This document shows, piece by piece, positions 1 through 9,984 of a DNA stretch of 64,000 bases. The translations under genes were made by a program, and so were the position numbers. Every line of letters starts with the position of its first letter. The first letter of the stretch is position 1. Under the pieces are notes generated by a model, which saw only the letters and a program-made list of their open reading frames with translations, ran no database searches and was not told the origin of the DNA. This DNA comes from an uncultured Collinsella sp. (GTDB lineage Bacteria > Actinomycetota > Coriobacteriia > Coriobacteriales > Coriobacteriaceae), in the NCBI GenBank assembly GCA_947001545.1, contig CAMQHB010000001.1:22446-86445 (forward strand), in the 5' to 3' direction.

Positions 1-1
1 T

Positions 2-928
2 AGCGGACAGTACATGTCGGCCTCGACCATTAAGCCGCTCTCGGCGCTGGCCGGTCTTGAGTTTGGAACCTACACTTCAACGCAGACAACCAACTGCACG
101 GGCTATTGGACGGGCCTGGGCAAGGCTTGGGGCAAGCGCTGCTGGCTGACGTCTGGCCACGGCACCATGACGCTGCAGTCGGGTATCGCCAACTCGTGCG
201 ACCCCGTCTTCTACGACATGGGCAAGGCGTTCTTTTATGACGAGCAACATCCCGAGGGCCTGCAGGAGGTCTTTCGTCGCTGGGGTCTAGGCAAGACCTG
301 CGGTATCGATTTGCCGAGTGAGGGCGCGGGCCGTATTCCCGATGCCGAGTGGAAAGAGTCGTACTTCACCGACGCCTCTGCCGAGGACCGCAAGTGGAAT
401 GCCGGCGACATGACCAACATTGCCATCGGGCAGGGCGACATCTTGGTGACGCCCCTGCAGATGGCGTGCGCCTATATGGGTCTTGCCAACGGCGGCAAGC
501 AGTACGTGCCTCACGTGTTTTTGTCGGCCGTGTCGCGCGATGGCGACGGCGATGCCTATAAGTACAACGGCAAGGGCAAGAAGAAGCGTCTGGAGGCCAA
601 GATCAACAGCGATTCGGATTTGGCTCTTGTTCGCAACGGCATGCACGACGTGATTTATACGGCATCGACGTCCCTGGCGGCGCACTTTGGTACCCTGACG
701 CCGCAGGTATACGGCAAGTCGGGCACGGGTGAGAAAAGCGGCGAGGACGAATACGCGTGGTTCTGCGCCTATGCACCGGCTGATGATCCCAAGTATGTCA
801 TCGCTACTGTCCTGGAGCAGGGCGGCGGCGGCTCAGATACCGCGATGCATGTCGTGCGCGACGTGCTCGGTGTGATTTATGACGAGCCCGATACCTCTTC
901 GGCCTCGGGCGATTCTTCGGTTCGATAG
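2..928 (+). CDS. mrdA: penicillin-binding protein 2-type D,D-transpeptidase, C-terminal part (5' end lies outside the window)
   Basis: The frame is open from the window edge. It has an S-T-I-K (SxxK) active-site motif right at the start (SASTIKP) and a KSGTG (KTG-type) motif near the C-terminus. A SEDS gene follows immediately. Confidence 0.85.
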   Translation, partial: SGQYMSASTIKPLSALAGLEFGTYTSTQTTNCTGYWTGLGKAWGKRCWLTSGHGTMTLQSGIANSCDPVFYDMGKAFFYDEQHPEGLQEVFRRWGLGKTCGIDLPSEGAGRIPDAEWKESYFTDASAEDRKWNAGDMTNIAIGQGDILVTPLQMACAYMGLANGGKQYVPHVFLSAVSRDGDGDAYKYNGKGKKKRLEAKINSDSDLALVRNGMHDVIYTASTSLAAHFGTLTPQVYGKSGTGEKSGEDEYAWFCAYAPADDPKYVIATVLEQGGGGSDTAMHVVRDVLGVIYDEPDTSSASGDSSVR

Positions 929-937
929 GAGGTTGCG

Positions 938-2164
938 ATGGATTTTTCTCCGGCGGATCTGTTCCGTTCAACCAAGACCGGCTCTCGCAGCAGCCTGGAC
1001 CGCGTCAACAAGCAACTTTCGGCCTCGCGCGGCACGTTTCGCCAAAAGGTGCATATCGGTGTGCTCGTGGCTACTGTGGCGCTCGTCGCCTACGGTGCCC
1101 TCATTATCTGGTCGGCTTCGCAGTTTAAGGCCGATGCTTCGTTCTCACGCCATCTGCTGGGAATTGGCATCGGAGCGGTGCTGGCGGTGTTGGTCTGGCG
1201 TACCGACCTGCGCGGTATTTCCAATTTCTCGACGGCGTTGCTCGTCATCGACCTGATCGTGATTTTCTCGCCCAAGATTCCGGGTCTGTCCTATACGGGC
1301 GGCCTGGGCATGACGGGCTGGATCAAGATTCCCGGTATCGGCTTGACATTCCAGCCGGTTGAGCTTGCCAAGCTCATCACCATCTTCTTTATTGCTACGC
1401 TTGGCTCGCAGTATAACGGTCGCATCGATACCGTTCGCGACTACGTCAAGCTCTGCGGCATGCTGTCCATTCCGTTTTTGGCCGTCGTTGCCATGGGCGA
1501 CCTGGGCTCGGGCCTTGTCGTGCTGGTTTCGGGTGCCATCGTCATTTGTATGAGCGGTGCACGCCGCGAATGGGTGCTGTCGACTCTGGCCCTGCTCGTG
1601 GGCTTGGTGGCCCTCGTCCTGGCGCTCGATTCGGTCTTTGATTCGTTGCTCGGCCACGATGTGCTCATCAAGCAGTATCAGATGAACCGTCTGACGGTCT
1701 TTATCGACCCCGATAATGCCGATTCGGACGATGCCTACAACCTGCAGCAATCGCTTATCGCCGTTGGCTCGGGCGGCTTCTTTGGTAAGGGTTTGGGCCA
1801 TGCGACGCAGTCGGCCGGCGGCTTTCTGCCTGAGTTCCACACCGACTTCGTCTTCGCCTTCCTGTCCGAGACCTTTGGTTTTTGCGGTTCCTTTTTGCTC
1901 CTGTGCCTCTACGTGCTGCTGATCTTTTCGACGATTCGCGTCGCCTTTAAGTGCGAGTCGCTGTTTTTGCGTCTTTCGTGTGTGGGCATCGTTGGCATGT
2001 GGGCGTTCCAGACTTTCGAAAACATCGGCATGTGCATCGGCATGATGCCGATTACCGGTATTCCGCTACCGTTTATTAGCTTCGGTTCGTCTTCGATGAT
2101 GATTCAGCTGCTGACGGTGGGTATCGTACAATCCATATGGCGGCATCGTTCGGGCGCCGCGTAA
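938..2164 (+). CDS. rodA: SEDS-family peptidoglycan glycosyltransferase (RodA/FtsW)
   Basis: 408-aa polytopic membrane protein. It has SEDS hallmarks (QPVELAKL, TDFVFAFLSETFGF, GIPLPFISFGSSS) and lies 9 nt after the PBP2 stop. Confidence 0.9.
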   Translation: MDFSPADLFRSTKTGSRSSLDRVNKQLSASRGTFRQKVHIGVLVATVALVAYGALIIWSASQFKADASFSRHLLGIGIGAVLAVLVWRTDLRGISNFSTALLVIDLIVIFSPKIPGLSYTGGLGMTGWIKIPGIGLTFQPVELAKLITIFFIATLGSQYNGRIDTVRDYVKLCGMLSIPFLAVVAMGDLGSGLVVLVSGAIVICMSGARREWVLSTLALLVGLVALVLALDSVFDSLLGHDVLIKQYQMNRLTVFIDPDNADSDDAYNLQQSLIAVGSGGFFGKGLGHATQSAGGFLPEFHTDFVFAFLSETFGFCGSFLLLCLYVLLIFSTIRVAFKCESLFLRLSCVGIVGMWAFQTFENIGMCIGMMPITGIPLPFISFGSSSMMIQLLTVGIVQSIWRHRSGAA

Positions 2165-2182
2165 CCGCTGGAGGGGTTTGCT

Positions 2183-3112
2183 ATGAAAATTCCCGTAGAT
2201 AAGCTGACCCGCGCTTTTAAGATGGGCGCGTCCGTTAAGAAGGGTTCCGATACGCCGGTGCGCGTCTCGGTCTATCTGGATTCGTCCGCCTCGCGCTTTC
2301 TGGCCGAGACGGTGCGTGACGCCTTTGTGCCGCAGACGACCTCGGGCATTGTGCGCGTCGAGCGTCTGGGGGAGGAGCGAATTGCTCCAAAGACCGATAC
2401 CGATGTGGTGCTGGTGCTCTCGTGTGGTTCCGACCGCTTGGAGAGTGCCGTGCAGGAGCTCGTGATCGCCGGCGCGCCCGTGTGCGTGCTTGCCGAGTCT
2501 GCTGTGGAGGTGCCGTTTATCGAGGAGTCCACGCCCATGCTCGGCGTGGTAGCGGCAACCGATAAGACGTATCTGCTCGAGACGCTTGCCCGCTGGATTC
2601 TCGATCGCACCGACAAGGAAACGGCTTTTGCGGCGAACTTTGCCTTCATGCGCATCGCGGCGGCCAACCGTATCATCACCTCGTGCGCGCTCACCAATAT
2701 GGCGACCGGTGCACTGGTGTTTTTGCCGGGCGCCGATTATCCCGTTATGGCGCTGGCGCAGGTGGGCATGCTCTTTGAGCTCGCTGCCGTCTTTGGACGC
2801 GGCATTAAGCCTGAGCGCGGCTACGAGGTCGCCGGCGTGCTTGCCGGCGGTCTTGTGATCCGCGCGGTCACCCGCGCGCTCGTCAAGCAGACGCCGCATA
2901 TTGGGTTTGCCGTCAAGGCGCTCACTGCTGCCGCGGGCACCTATGGCATGGGCCGTGCGCTCGTTTCGCTCTACGAGCGCGATGTCGACTACAGCCGTGC
3001 CAACGAGGTGGTCACTGCCACGTTCTCCCGCGTTCGCGATCTGGTGACCACGGTCGCGGGCGCTACCCGTCCTATGGCGTCCTACCAGGACGCATCCGAT
3101 CTCGCAGCTTAG
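2183..3112 (+). CDS. uncharacterised protein, C-terminal DUF697 (YcjF-like) membrane-associated domain
   Basis: 309 aa. The N-terminal half looks like a small alpha/beta domain (DVVLVLSCGSDRLE...AGAPVCVL). The C-terminal half (LPGADYPVMALAQVGMLFELAAVFG...TAAAGTYGMGRAL) fits the DUF697 pattern as I recall it. Confidence 0.6.
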   Translation: MKIPVDKLTRAFKMGASVKKGSDTPVRVSVYLDSSASRFLAETVRDAFVPQTTSGIVRVERLGEERIAPKTDTDVVLVLSCGSDRLESAVQELVIAGAPVCVLAESAVEVPFIEESTPMLGVVAATDKTYLLETLARWILDRTDKETAFAANFAFMRIAAANRIITSCALTNMATGALVFLPGADYPVMALAQVGMLFELAAVFGRGIKPERGYEVAGVLAGGLVIRAVTRALVKQTPHIGFAVKALTAAAGTYGMGRALVSLYERDVDYSRANEVVTATFSRVRDLVTTVAGATRPMASYQDASDLAA

Positions 3113-3122
3113 GGGTTTTCCG

Positions 3123-5000
3123 TTGCGCGTTGCATACCAAGACTGTTTTCATTTAATTGAGCCGTTGCTCGCCAAGGTCGAGAAGCCGAGTCGCTATATC
3201 GATCACGAGTGGGGCACGCTTTCCAAGGCCGATGCCGACTACCGTTGCTGCCTGATCTATCCGGATGTGTACGAGGTCGGTCTGCCCAACCAGGGTATCG
3301 CCATCCTCTACAACATCCTTAACCAGGCCGAGGGCATCTCCTGCGAGCGTGGCTATGTGCCGTGGCCCGATATGGGTGACGCTATGCGCGAGGCGGGCAT
3401 TCCGCTGCTCTCGCTTGAGGGTGCAGCGCCGGTCGCTTCGTTTGATATCGTCGGTCTGCATGTGCCGCACGAGATGGCGGTGACGAACTTCCTCGAGGCA
3501 CTCGACCTCGCTGGCATTCCACTGTTGGCGGCCGACCGAGGCGAAGACGACCCTATCATCATCGCCGGCGGCCCCTCGGTGTACAACCCCGAGCCGTACG
3601 CGGCCTTCTTCGATGCCATCCTCATCGGTGAGGGCGAGGAATCGCTGCTCGAGACCTGCCAGCTGCATCGCCGCCTGCGTGACGAAGGGGTCCCGCGCGC
3701 GCAGATTGTCGAGCAGCTTGCATCCATTGCCGGCAACTACGTGCCGTCGCTCTATGAGGTTCGTCACGACGAGCCCTGCTCGCCGCATGGCTACACCGTG
3801 CCGCGTGAAGGCAAGGATGCGCCGACCGTGGTCTACAAGCGCGTCGTCGAGGATTTCGGCGCCACGAATCCGCTGTCGCAGTCGTGCGTGCCCTATGCGC
3901 AGCTGGTTCACGACCGCCTGTCTATCGAGATCCTGCGCGGCTGCGCCCGCGGCTGTCGTTTTTGCCAGGCTGGCATGACGTATCGTCCGGTGCGCGAGCG
4001 CTCGGCCGACCAGATCGTCTCGTCGGTGATTCAGGGTCTGGAAAAGACCGGCTATGACGAGGTGTCGCTGACCTCGCTCTCCACGACCGACCACTCCTGC
4101 ATTCGCGACGTGCTCGGCAGGCTCAACCGTCGCCTGGAGGATACGGGTATTCGCGTGTCTATTCCGTCGCAGCGCCTGGATTCGTTTGGCGTGGATATGG
4201 CCGAGTCGGTTGCCGGCGAAAAGAAGGGCGGCCTGACGTTCGCGCCCGAGGCCGGCAGCCAGCGCATGCGCGACATCATTAACAAGAACGTGACCGAGGA
4301 GGACCTGGACCGTGCGGCCAAGGCGGCCTTCGAGGCCGGCTGGAACCGCATGAAGCTCTACTTTATGATGGGCCTTCCCGGCGAGCGCGACGAGGACATC
4401 GTGGCCATCGCCAATCTGGCCGATCACGTGCTGGAGCTCGGTCGTTCCGTGGTGCCCAAGGCTCGTCGCGGCTCGATCTCGGTGTCCATCTCGGTTTCGG
4501 TCTTTATCCCCAAGGCTGCCACGCCGTTCCAGTGGTGCCCGCAGCTCGACTACGACGACGTCAAGCGTCGCCAGAAGCTGCTTATCACGAGCGTTCGCAA
4601 CCGTGCCGTCCGCGTTCATTACCACGATGCCGAGACCTCGCTCATCGAGGCCGCACTGTCCCGCGCCGGTCGTGACATGACGCCCGTCATCATCGACGCT
4701 TGGCGCTCGGGCTCTCGCTTTGACGCCTGGGTAGAGCATTTCTCGCTCGATAACTGGAAGGAGGCTGCTGCCAAAAACGGCATCGACCTCAATGAGCTCG
4801 TGCACCTGCCCTACGAGTTGGACTGGCGCCTGCCGTGGGAGCACGTGAGCCCCGGCTGCACACGCGGCTTTCTCGAGCGCGAGTACCGTCGCTCGCTCGA
4901 GGGCGTCACGACTCCCGACTGCACCCGCACGTCGTGCACCGGCTGCGGGATCTGCCCCACGCTCCACGCCAAGAATGTATTGATGGGTGATCGCGCATGA
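3123..5000 (+). CDS. radical SAM protein, B12-binding-like N-terminal domain (TIGR03960-like family)
   Basis: 625 aa with a CxxxCxxC cluster motif in GCARGCRFCQAG. There is an additional Cys-rich C-terminus (CTRTSCTGCGICP). It is followed by and overlaps a DUF2344-type gene. Confidence 0.85.
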   Translation: MRVAYQDCFHLIEPLLAKVEKPSRYIDHEWGTLSKADADYRCCLIYPDVYEVGLPNQGIAILYNILNQAEGISCERGYVPWPDMGDAMREAGIPLLSLEGAAPVASFDIVGLHVPHEMAVTNFLEALDLAGIPLLAADRGEDDPIIIAGGPSVYNPEPYAAFFDAILIGEGEESLLETCQLHRRLRDEGVPRAQIVEQLASIAGNYVPSLYEVRHDEPCSPHGYTVPREGKDAPTVVYKRVVEDFGATNPLSQSCVPYAQLVHDRLSIEILRGCARGCRFCQAGMTYRPVRERSADQIVSSVIQGLEKTGYDEVSLTSLSTTDHSCIRDVLGRLNRRLEDTGIRVSIPSQRLDSFGVDMAESVAGEKKGGLTFAPEAGSQRMRDIINKNVTEEDLDRAAKAAFEAGWNRMKLYFMMGLPGERDEDIVAIANLADHVLELGRSVVPKARRGSISVSISVSVFIPKAATPFQWCPQLDYDDVKRRQKLLITSVRNRAVRVHYHDAETSLIEAALSRAGRDMTPVIIDAWRSGSRFDAWVEHFSLDNWKEAAAKNGIDLNELVHLPYELDWRLPWEHVSPGCTRGFLEREYRRSLEGVTTPDCTRTSCTGCGICPTLHAKNVLMGDRA

Positions 5001-5809
5001 GTGAGCGCCTGACCGACAACCCCTCGCTCTTTAGGCTTCGTGTTCGCTATGGCAAGCGCGATCGCCTTAAGTACCTGGGCCATCTCGAAGTAATCCATAC
5101 CATTGAGCGCATCGTGCGCCGTGCGGGACTTCCCTATGCCGTCACGCAGGGCTTCTCTCCGCACATGCGCGTGGGCTTCTCTTCGGCGCTACCGGTGGGT
5201 ACGTCGTCGACATGTGAGTGGTATGACCTGTTTATGACCGAGTTCGTGGCGCTCGACGAGGCGTTTGGGCGCCTGGCTGCGGCGTCTCCGGCCGATCTGG
5301 CGCCCATCGAGGCGGCGTACATCGACGTGCGCACGCCGGCGTTGACGGCGCAGCTCACGCGCCTGTCGTATCGCATCGACCTGCATCTGGACCCCGAGGC
5401 GCCCGTAAGCGCCGACGAGGTGCATCGTGCGATCGACACGCTGCGCGCGGGCCATGGCATCGACTACGCGCGCGGAAAAAAGAGCAAGCGCTTGGATTTG
5501 GATCACACGCTCGTGGGCTATGAGCTCACGGCGGGGGAGCGCCCGGATCATTTGGTGCTCATGCTCGACACCCATGCTGACAACGAGGGCTCCATGCGTC
5601 CGGAAATTTTGCTTTCCGCTGCTGATGTTTTGTTGCAGGGCTTGACCCCGGGCGTGGATGCACCTATTGTTTCCACCGGTATGCAAGACCTCGTGACCAT
5701 CTGCTCCTACGATGTCGAGCGTCAGAATCAAGCATGCGAGGACGACGAGGGCCGACTCGTCAGCCCCACACCTGTGCGAACTTGTGGATTTGCTCCACAT
5801 ACTCGTTGA
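4997..5809 (+). CDS. radical SAM-associated protein (DUF2344 / TIGR03936-like)
   Basis: 270 aa. The N-terminus RLRVRYGKRDRLKYLGHLEVIHTIERIVRRAGLPYAVTQGFSPHMRV is typical of DUF2344. It has an ATGA 4-nt overlap with the preceding radical SAM gene. Confidence 0.8.
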   Translation: MSERLTDNPSLFRLRVRYGKRDRLKYLGHLEVIHTIERIVRRAGLPYAVTQGFSPHMRVGFSSALPVGTSSTCEWYDLFMTEFVALDEAFGRLAAASPADLAPIEAAYIDVRTPALTAQLTRLSYRIDLHLDPEAPVSADEVHRAIDTLRAGHGIDYARGKKSKRLDLDHTLVGYELTAGERPDHLVLMLDTHADNEGSMRPEILLSAADVLLQGLTPGVDAPIVSTGMQDLVTICSYDVERQNQACEDDEGRLVSPTPVRTCGFAPHTR

Positions 5810-5876
5810 CGGGGGTATTTTCGCCTGCTACTATATTCGGCTGTTGCACTAACTGATGCATGAAGGGCAAGTAAAC

Positions 5877-6251
5877 ATGTACGCAATCGTTAACACGGGC
5901 GGCAAGCAGTACAAGGTCGCCACCGACGATGTCATCACCGTCGAGAAGATCGAGGGCAATGAGGGCGACAAGGTCACCCTGCCGGTTATCTTCCTCAACG
6001 ATGGTAAGAAGATCGTCACCGATCCCGACAAGCTGGCCAAGGCCAAGGTTACCGCTCAGATCGTTGAGCAGTTCAAGGGCGAGAAGCAGCTGGTCTTCAA
6101 GTTCCACAAGCGCAAGCGCTATCGTCGTCTGAAGGGTCACCGTCAGCAGCTCACCAAGCTGAAGATCGTGAAGGTTCAGGCTACCTCCCGCGCCAAGAAG
6201 GCTGTCAAGGCAGAGGCTGAGGCTGTTGCCGAGGCTCCCGTCGCCGAGTAG
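5877..6251 (+). CDS. rplU: 50S ribosomal protein L21
   Basis: MYAIVNTGGKQYKV is the canonical L21 N-terminus. The ORF-track start at 5856 is probably an upstream extension. The protein has an Ala/Glu/Lys-rich C-terminal tail. Confidence 0.93.
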   Translation: MYAIVNTGGKQYKVATDDVITVEKIEGNEGDKVTLPVIFLNDGKKIVTDPDKLAKAKVTAQIVEQFKGEKQLVFKFHKRKRYRRLKGHRQQLTKLKIVKVQATSRAKKAVKAEAEAVAEAPVAE

Positions 6252-6284
6252 ATTACACTCGTAACGAAAGAGTAGGTATACACA

Positions 6285-6542
6285 ATGGCACACAAAAAAG
6301 GACTCGGTTCCTCCCGTAATGGCCGTGACTCCCGCGGTCAGCGCCTTGGCACGAAGCGCTATGCCGGCCAGACGGTAACCACGGGCACGATTCTCGTCCG
6401 TCAGCACGGCACGCACATCCATCCGGGTGAGAACGTTGGCCGTGGTAAGGACGACACGCTGTTCGCGCTGGTCGACGGTACCGTTGAGTTCCACAAGGGT
6501 ATCAAGCACAGGGTCAGCGTACGCCCGCTCGCGAACGCGTAA
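6285..6542 (+). CDS. rpmA: 50S ribosomal protein L27
   Basis: [22 protein letters not shown] is the canonical L27 sequence. Confidence 0.96.
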   Translation: MAHKKGLGSSRNGRDSRGQRLGTKRYAGQTVTTGTILVRQHGTHIHPGENVGRGKDDTLFALVDGTVEFHKGIKHRVSVRPLANA

Positions 6543-6567
6543 TTCACCCTTCATAGAGCACATATGT

Positions 6568-6611
6568 GGGAGGCACTTGAGTTTTAGGATTCAAGGGTCT
6601 CCCTCTTTTTT
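6568..6611 (+). terminator. hairpin plus T-run between rpmA and obg (terminator or attenuator)
   Basis: The imperfect stem gggaggcacttga...tcaagggtctccc is followed by tcttttttg. It lies 17 nt upstream of the obg start. Confidence 0.45.
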
Positions 6612-6615
6612 GTAG

Positions 6616-8103
<1,488 letters not shown>

Positions 8104-8106
8104 GCC

Positions 8107-8784
8107 ATGTCGCTGCGCGGTGGAATCGGTCTGCCCGAGCTTCCTCTAGAGGACGGGCAGGAGTTTAGGCTCGGCATTATGGGTGGCACCTTTGATCCCA
8201 TCCATTACGGGCACCTGGTGACCGCCGAGCAGGCGCGCGAGTCGCTCGACTTGGACGCTGTGCTCTTTATGCCGGCGGGTTCTCCTGCCTTTAAGCTTGA
8301 CAAGCCGGTGACGCCTGCCGAGGACCGTTATGCCATGACGGTCCTCGCCACCGCCGCGAACCCGGCTTTTTTGGCGAGCCGGTTCGAGATCGACCGCCCG
8401 GGCGTAACCTATACGGCCGATACGCTTCATGCCCTTCGCGACTTTTATCCGCCGCAGGTAAAGCTCTACTTTATTACGGGCGCCGACGCGATCATCGATA
8501 TCGTGACCTGGCATGATGCCGAACGAATCGCTGAGCTTGCTACCTTTATTGCGGCGACACGACCGGGCTTTGATATCGATACGGCGCGTGCCCGAATCAA
8601 AGAGTCGGGGCTGCCGTTCGACGTGCGCTATATTCAGATTCCAGCGTTGGCGATCAGCTCGACGAACATTCGTAAGCGAGTTGCCCGCGGTATGAGCGTG
8701 CGCTATCTTACGAGCGAGTCCGTGCTCGGCTACATTCGCAAACGCAGGCTATATGCCGATTTGGGCCAAGAAGATTTTGAGTGA
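8107..8784 (+). CDS. nadD: nicotinate-nucleotide adenylyltransferase
   Basis: GIMGGTFDPIHYGH is the (H/T)xGH nucleotidyltransferase motif, and there is an ISSTNIR C-terminal motif. The exact start is uncertain. Confidence 0.9.
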   Translation: MSLRGGIGLPELPLEDGQEFRLGIMGGTFDPIHYGHLVTAEQARESLDLDAVLFMPAGSPAFKLDKPVTPAEDRYAMTVLATAANPAFLASRFEIDRPGVTYTADTLHALRDFYPPQVKLYFITGADAIIDIVTWHDAERIAELATFIAATRPGFDIDTARARIKESGLPFDVRYIQIPALAISSTNIRKRVARGMSVRYLTSESVLGYIRKRRLYADLGQEDFE

Positions 8785-8796
8785 TGGGGGTCTACG

Positions 8797-9405
8797 TTGT
8801 CGGTAGAGGATCAGTTTGAGGGCGATGAGCGCGCGCTGCTCAAGCGCATTCAAGAGCTGCTCGATGTTCGCATGAGGGATAAGCGCAAGCGCTATGTGCA
8901 TTCGCTGGGTGTTGCCGAGACCGCACTTCATCTGGCCGAGGTCTACGGCGTTGACCGCTTTGATGCCGCTGCCGCCGGACTGATCCATGACTGGGACAAA
9001 GTGCTCTCCGACGACGAGCTGGTCACGCGCGCTCTGCATTACGGCATTAAGATTGCCGGCTCTCCTTCCGCCGCGACGCCGCTTTTGCATGGCCCTGTTG
9101 CCGCCTATGAACTTCCGCAGCTTTTTCCCGAGCTGTCGCCGGCGGTCTTTCAGGCTGTCGACCGTCACACCGTGGGCGCTTGCGACATGACGCCGCTCGA
9201 TATGGTGGTCTTTGTGGCTGATGCCATCGAACCCAACCGCCACGGCGATTATGCCCATGCGCTGCGCAAGATGGTGGGGGAGTCGACGCTCGATGAGTTG
9301 TTCTTCTCCTGTTTTGCGCAGGGTCTGGTCTATGTGATCCAGTCCGGGCGCTATCTTTATCCCACGGCTATTACGATTTACAACCATTACGCCCAGCTGC
9401 GCTAG
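8797..9405 (+). CDS. yqeK: HD-domain protein YqeK (bis(5'-nucleosyl)-tetraphosphatase family)
   Basis: It has HSLGV ... LIHDWDK HD motifs. The nadD-yqeK-rsfS order is conserved. Confidence 0.85.
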   Translation: MSVEDQFEGDERALLKRIQELLDVRMRDKRKRYVHSLGVAETALHLAEVYGVDRFDAAAAGLIHDWDKVLSDDELVTRALHYGIKIAGSPSAATPLLHGPVAAYELPQLFPELSPAVFQAVDRHTVGACDMTPLDMVVFVADAIEPNRHGDYAHALRKMVGESTLDELFFSCFAQGLVYVIQSGRYLYPTAITIYNHYAQLR

Positions 9406-9432
9406 CTCGGGCTGTCTAGAAAGAGGTATTCC

Positions 9433-9888
9433 ATGGCCGACGAGACCATGACCGACGAGCAGATTCTTGAAGGCGTGGAGCACAAGAGCTTCGCCGCCAC
9501 GTCCGACCGCACTGCCGCCTCGCTGTCCGCGAGCGGTGTCGCCGCCGAGGATGTCGCCCGCGCCGCCGCGCAGGCCGCCTACGACAAGAAGGGCGAGGAC
9601 GTTCAGGTGCTCGACCTGACCGAGCTTTCCGATGTGTGCGACTACTTTGTGCTTGCCACCGGTGCCAACAACCGCCAGGTCGATTCAATTGTCGACGAGA
9701 TCGAGGAGAAGGTCGCCGAGGCTTGCGGCGAGCATCCGTTCTCCATCGAGGGCCGCGAGCAGAAGACTTGGATGCTCATGGACTACGGTTCGGTTGTCGT
9801 CCACGTCTTCACTCCCGAAGCCCGCGACTTCTACCGCCTCGAGAAGCTCTGGGGAGACGCCCCCCAGCTCCCCCTCAACCTCCTCTAG
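9433..9888 (+). CDS. rsfS: ribosome silencing factor RsfS with N-terminal extension
   Basis: KKGEDVQVLDL...CDYFVLATGANNRQV...WMLMDYGSVVVHVF...RDFYRLEKLWGDA is the RsfS/IojAP signature. Confidence 0.9.
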   Translation: MADETMTDEQILEGVEHKSFAATSDRTAASLSASGVAAEDVARAAAQAAYDKKGEDVQVLDLTELSDVCDYFVLATGANNRQVDSIVDEIEEKVAEACGEHPFSIEGREQKTWMLMDYGSVVVHVFTPEARDFYRLEKLWGDAPQLPLNLL

Positions 9889-9929
9889 TAGCTCATTTGA
9901 GACGGGGTTTAGCTACCCTCACGCATATC

Positions 9930-9972
9930 GCCGGGCAGTTGCGGTTTTCCGCACCTGCCCGGCTTTCTTTTT
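9930..9972 (+). terminator. strong hairpin plus T-run between convergent rsfS (+) and dinB (-)
   Basis: gccgggcagttgcgg-tttt-ccgcacctgcccggc forms 14 of 15 pairs and is followed by tttctttttg. Confidence 0.8.
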
Positions 9973-9984
9973 GCCCAAAGGCTG

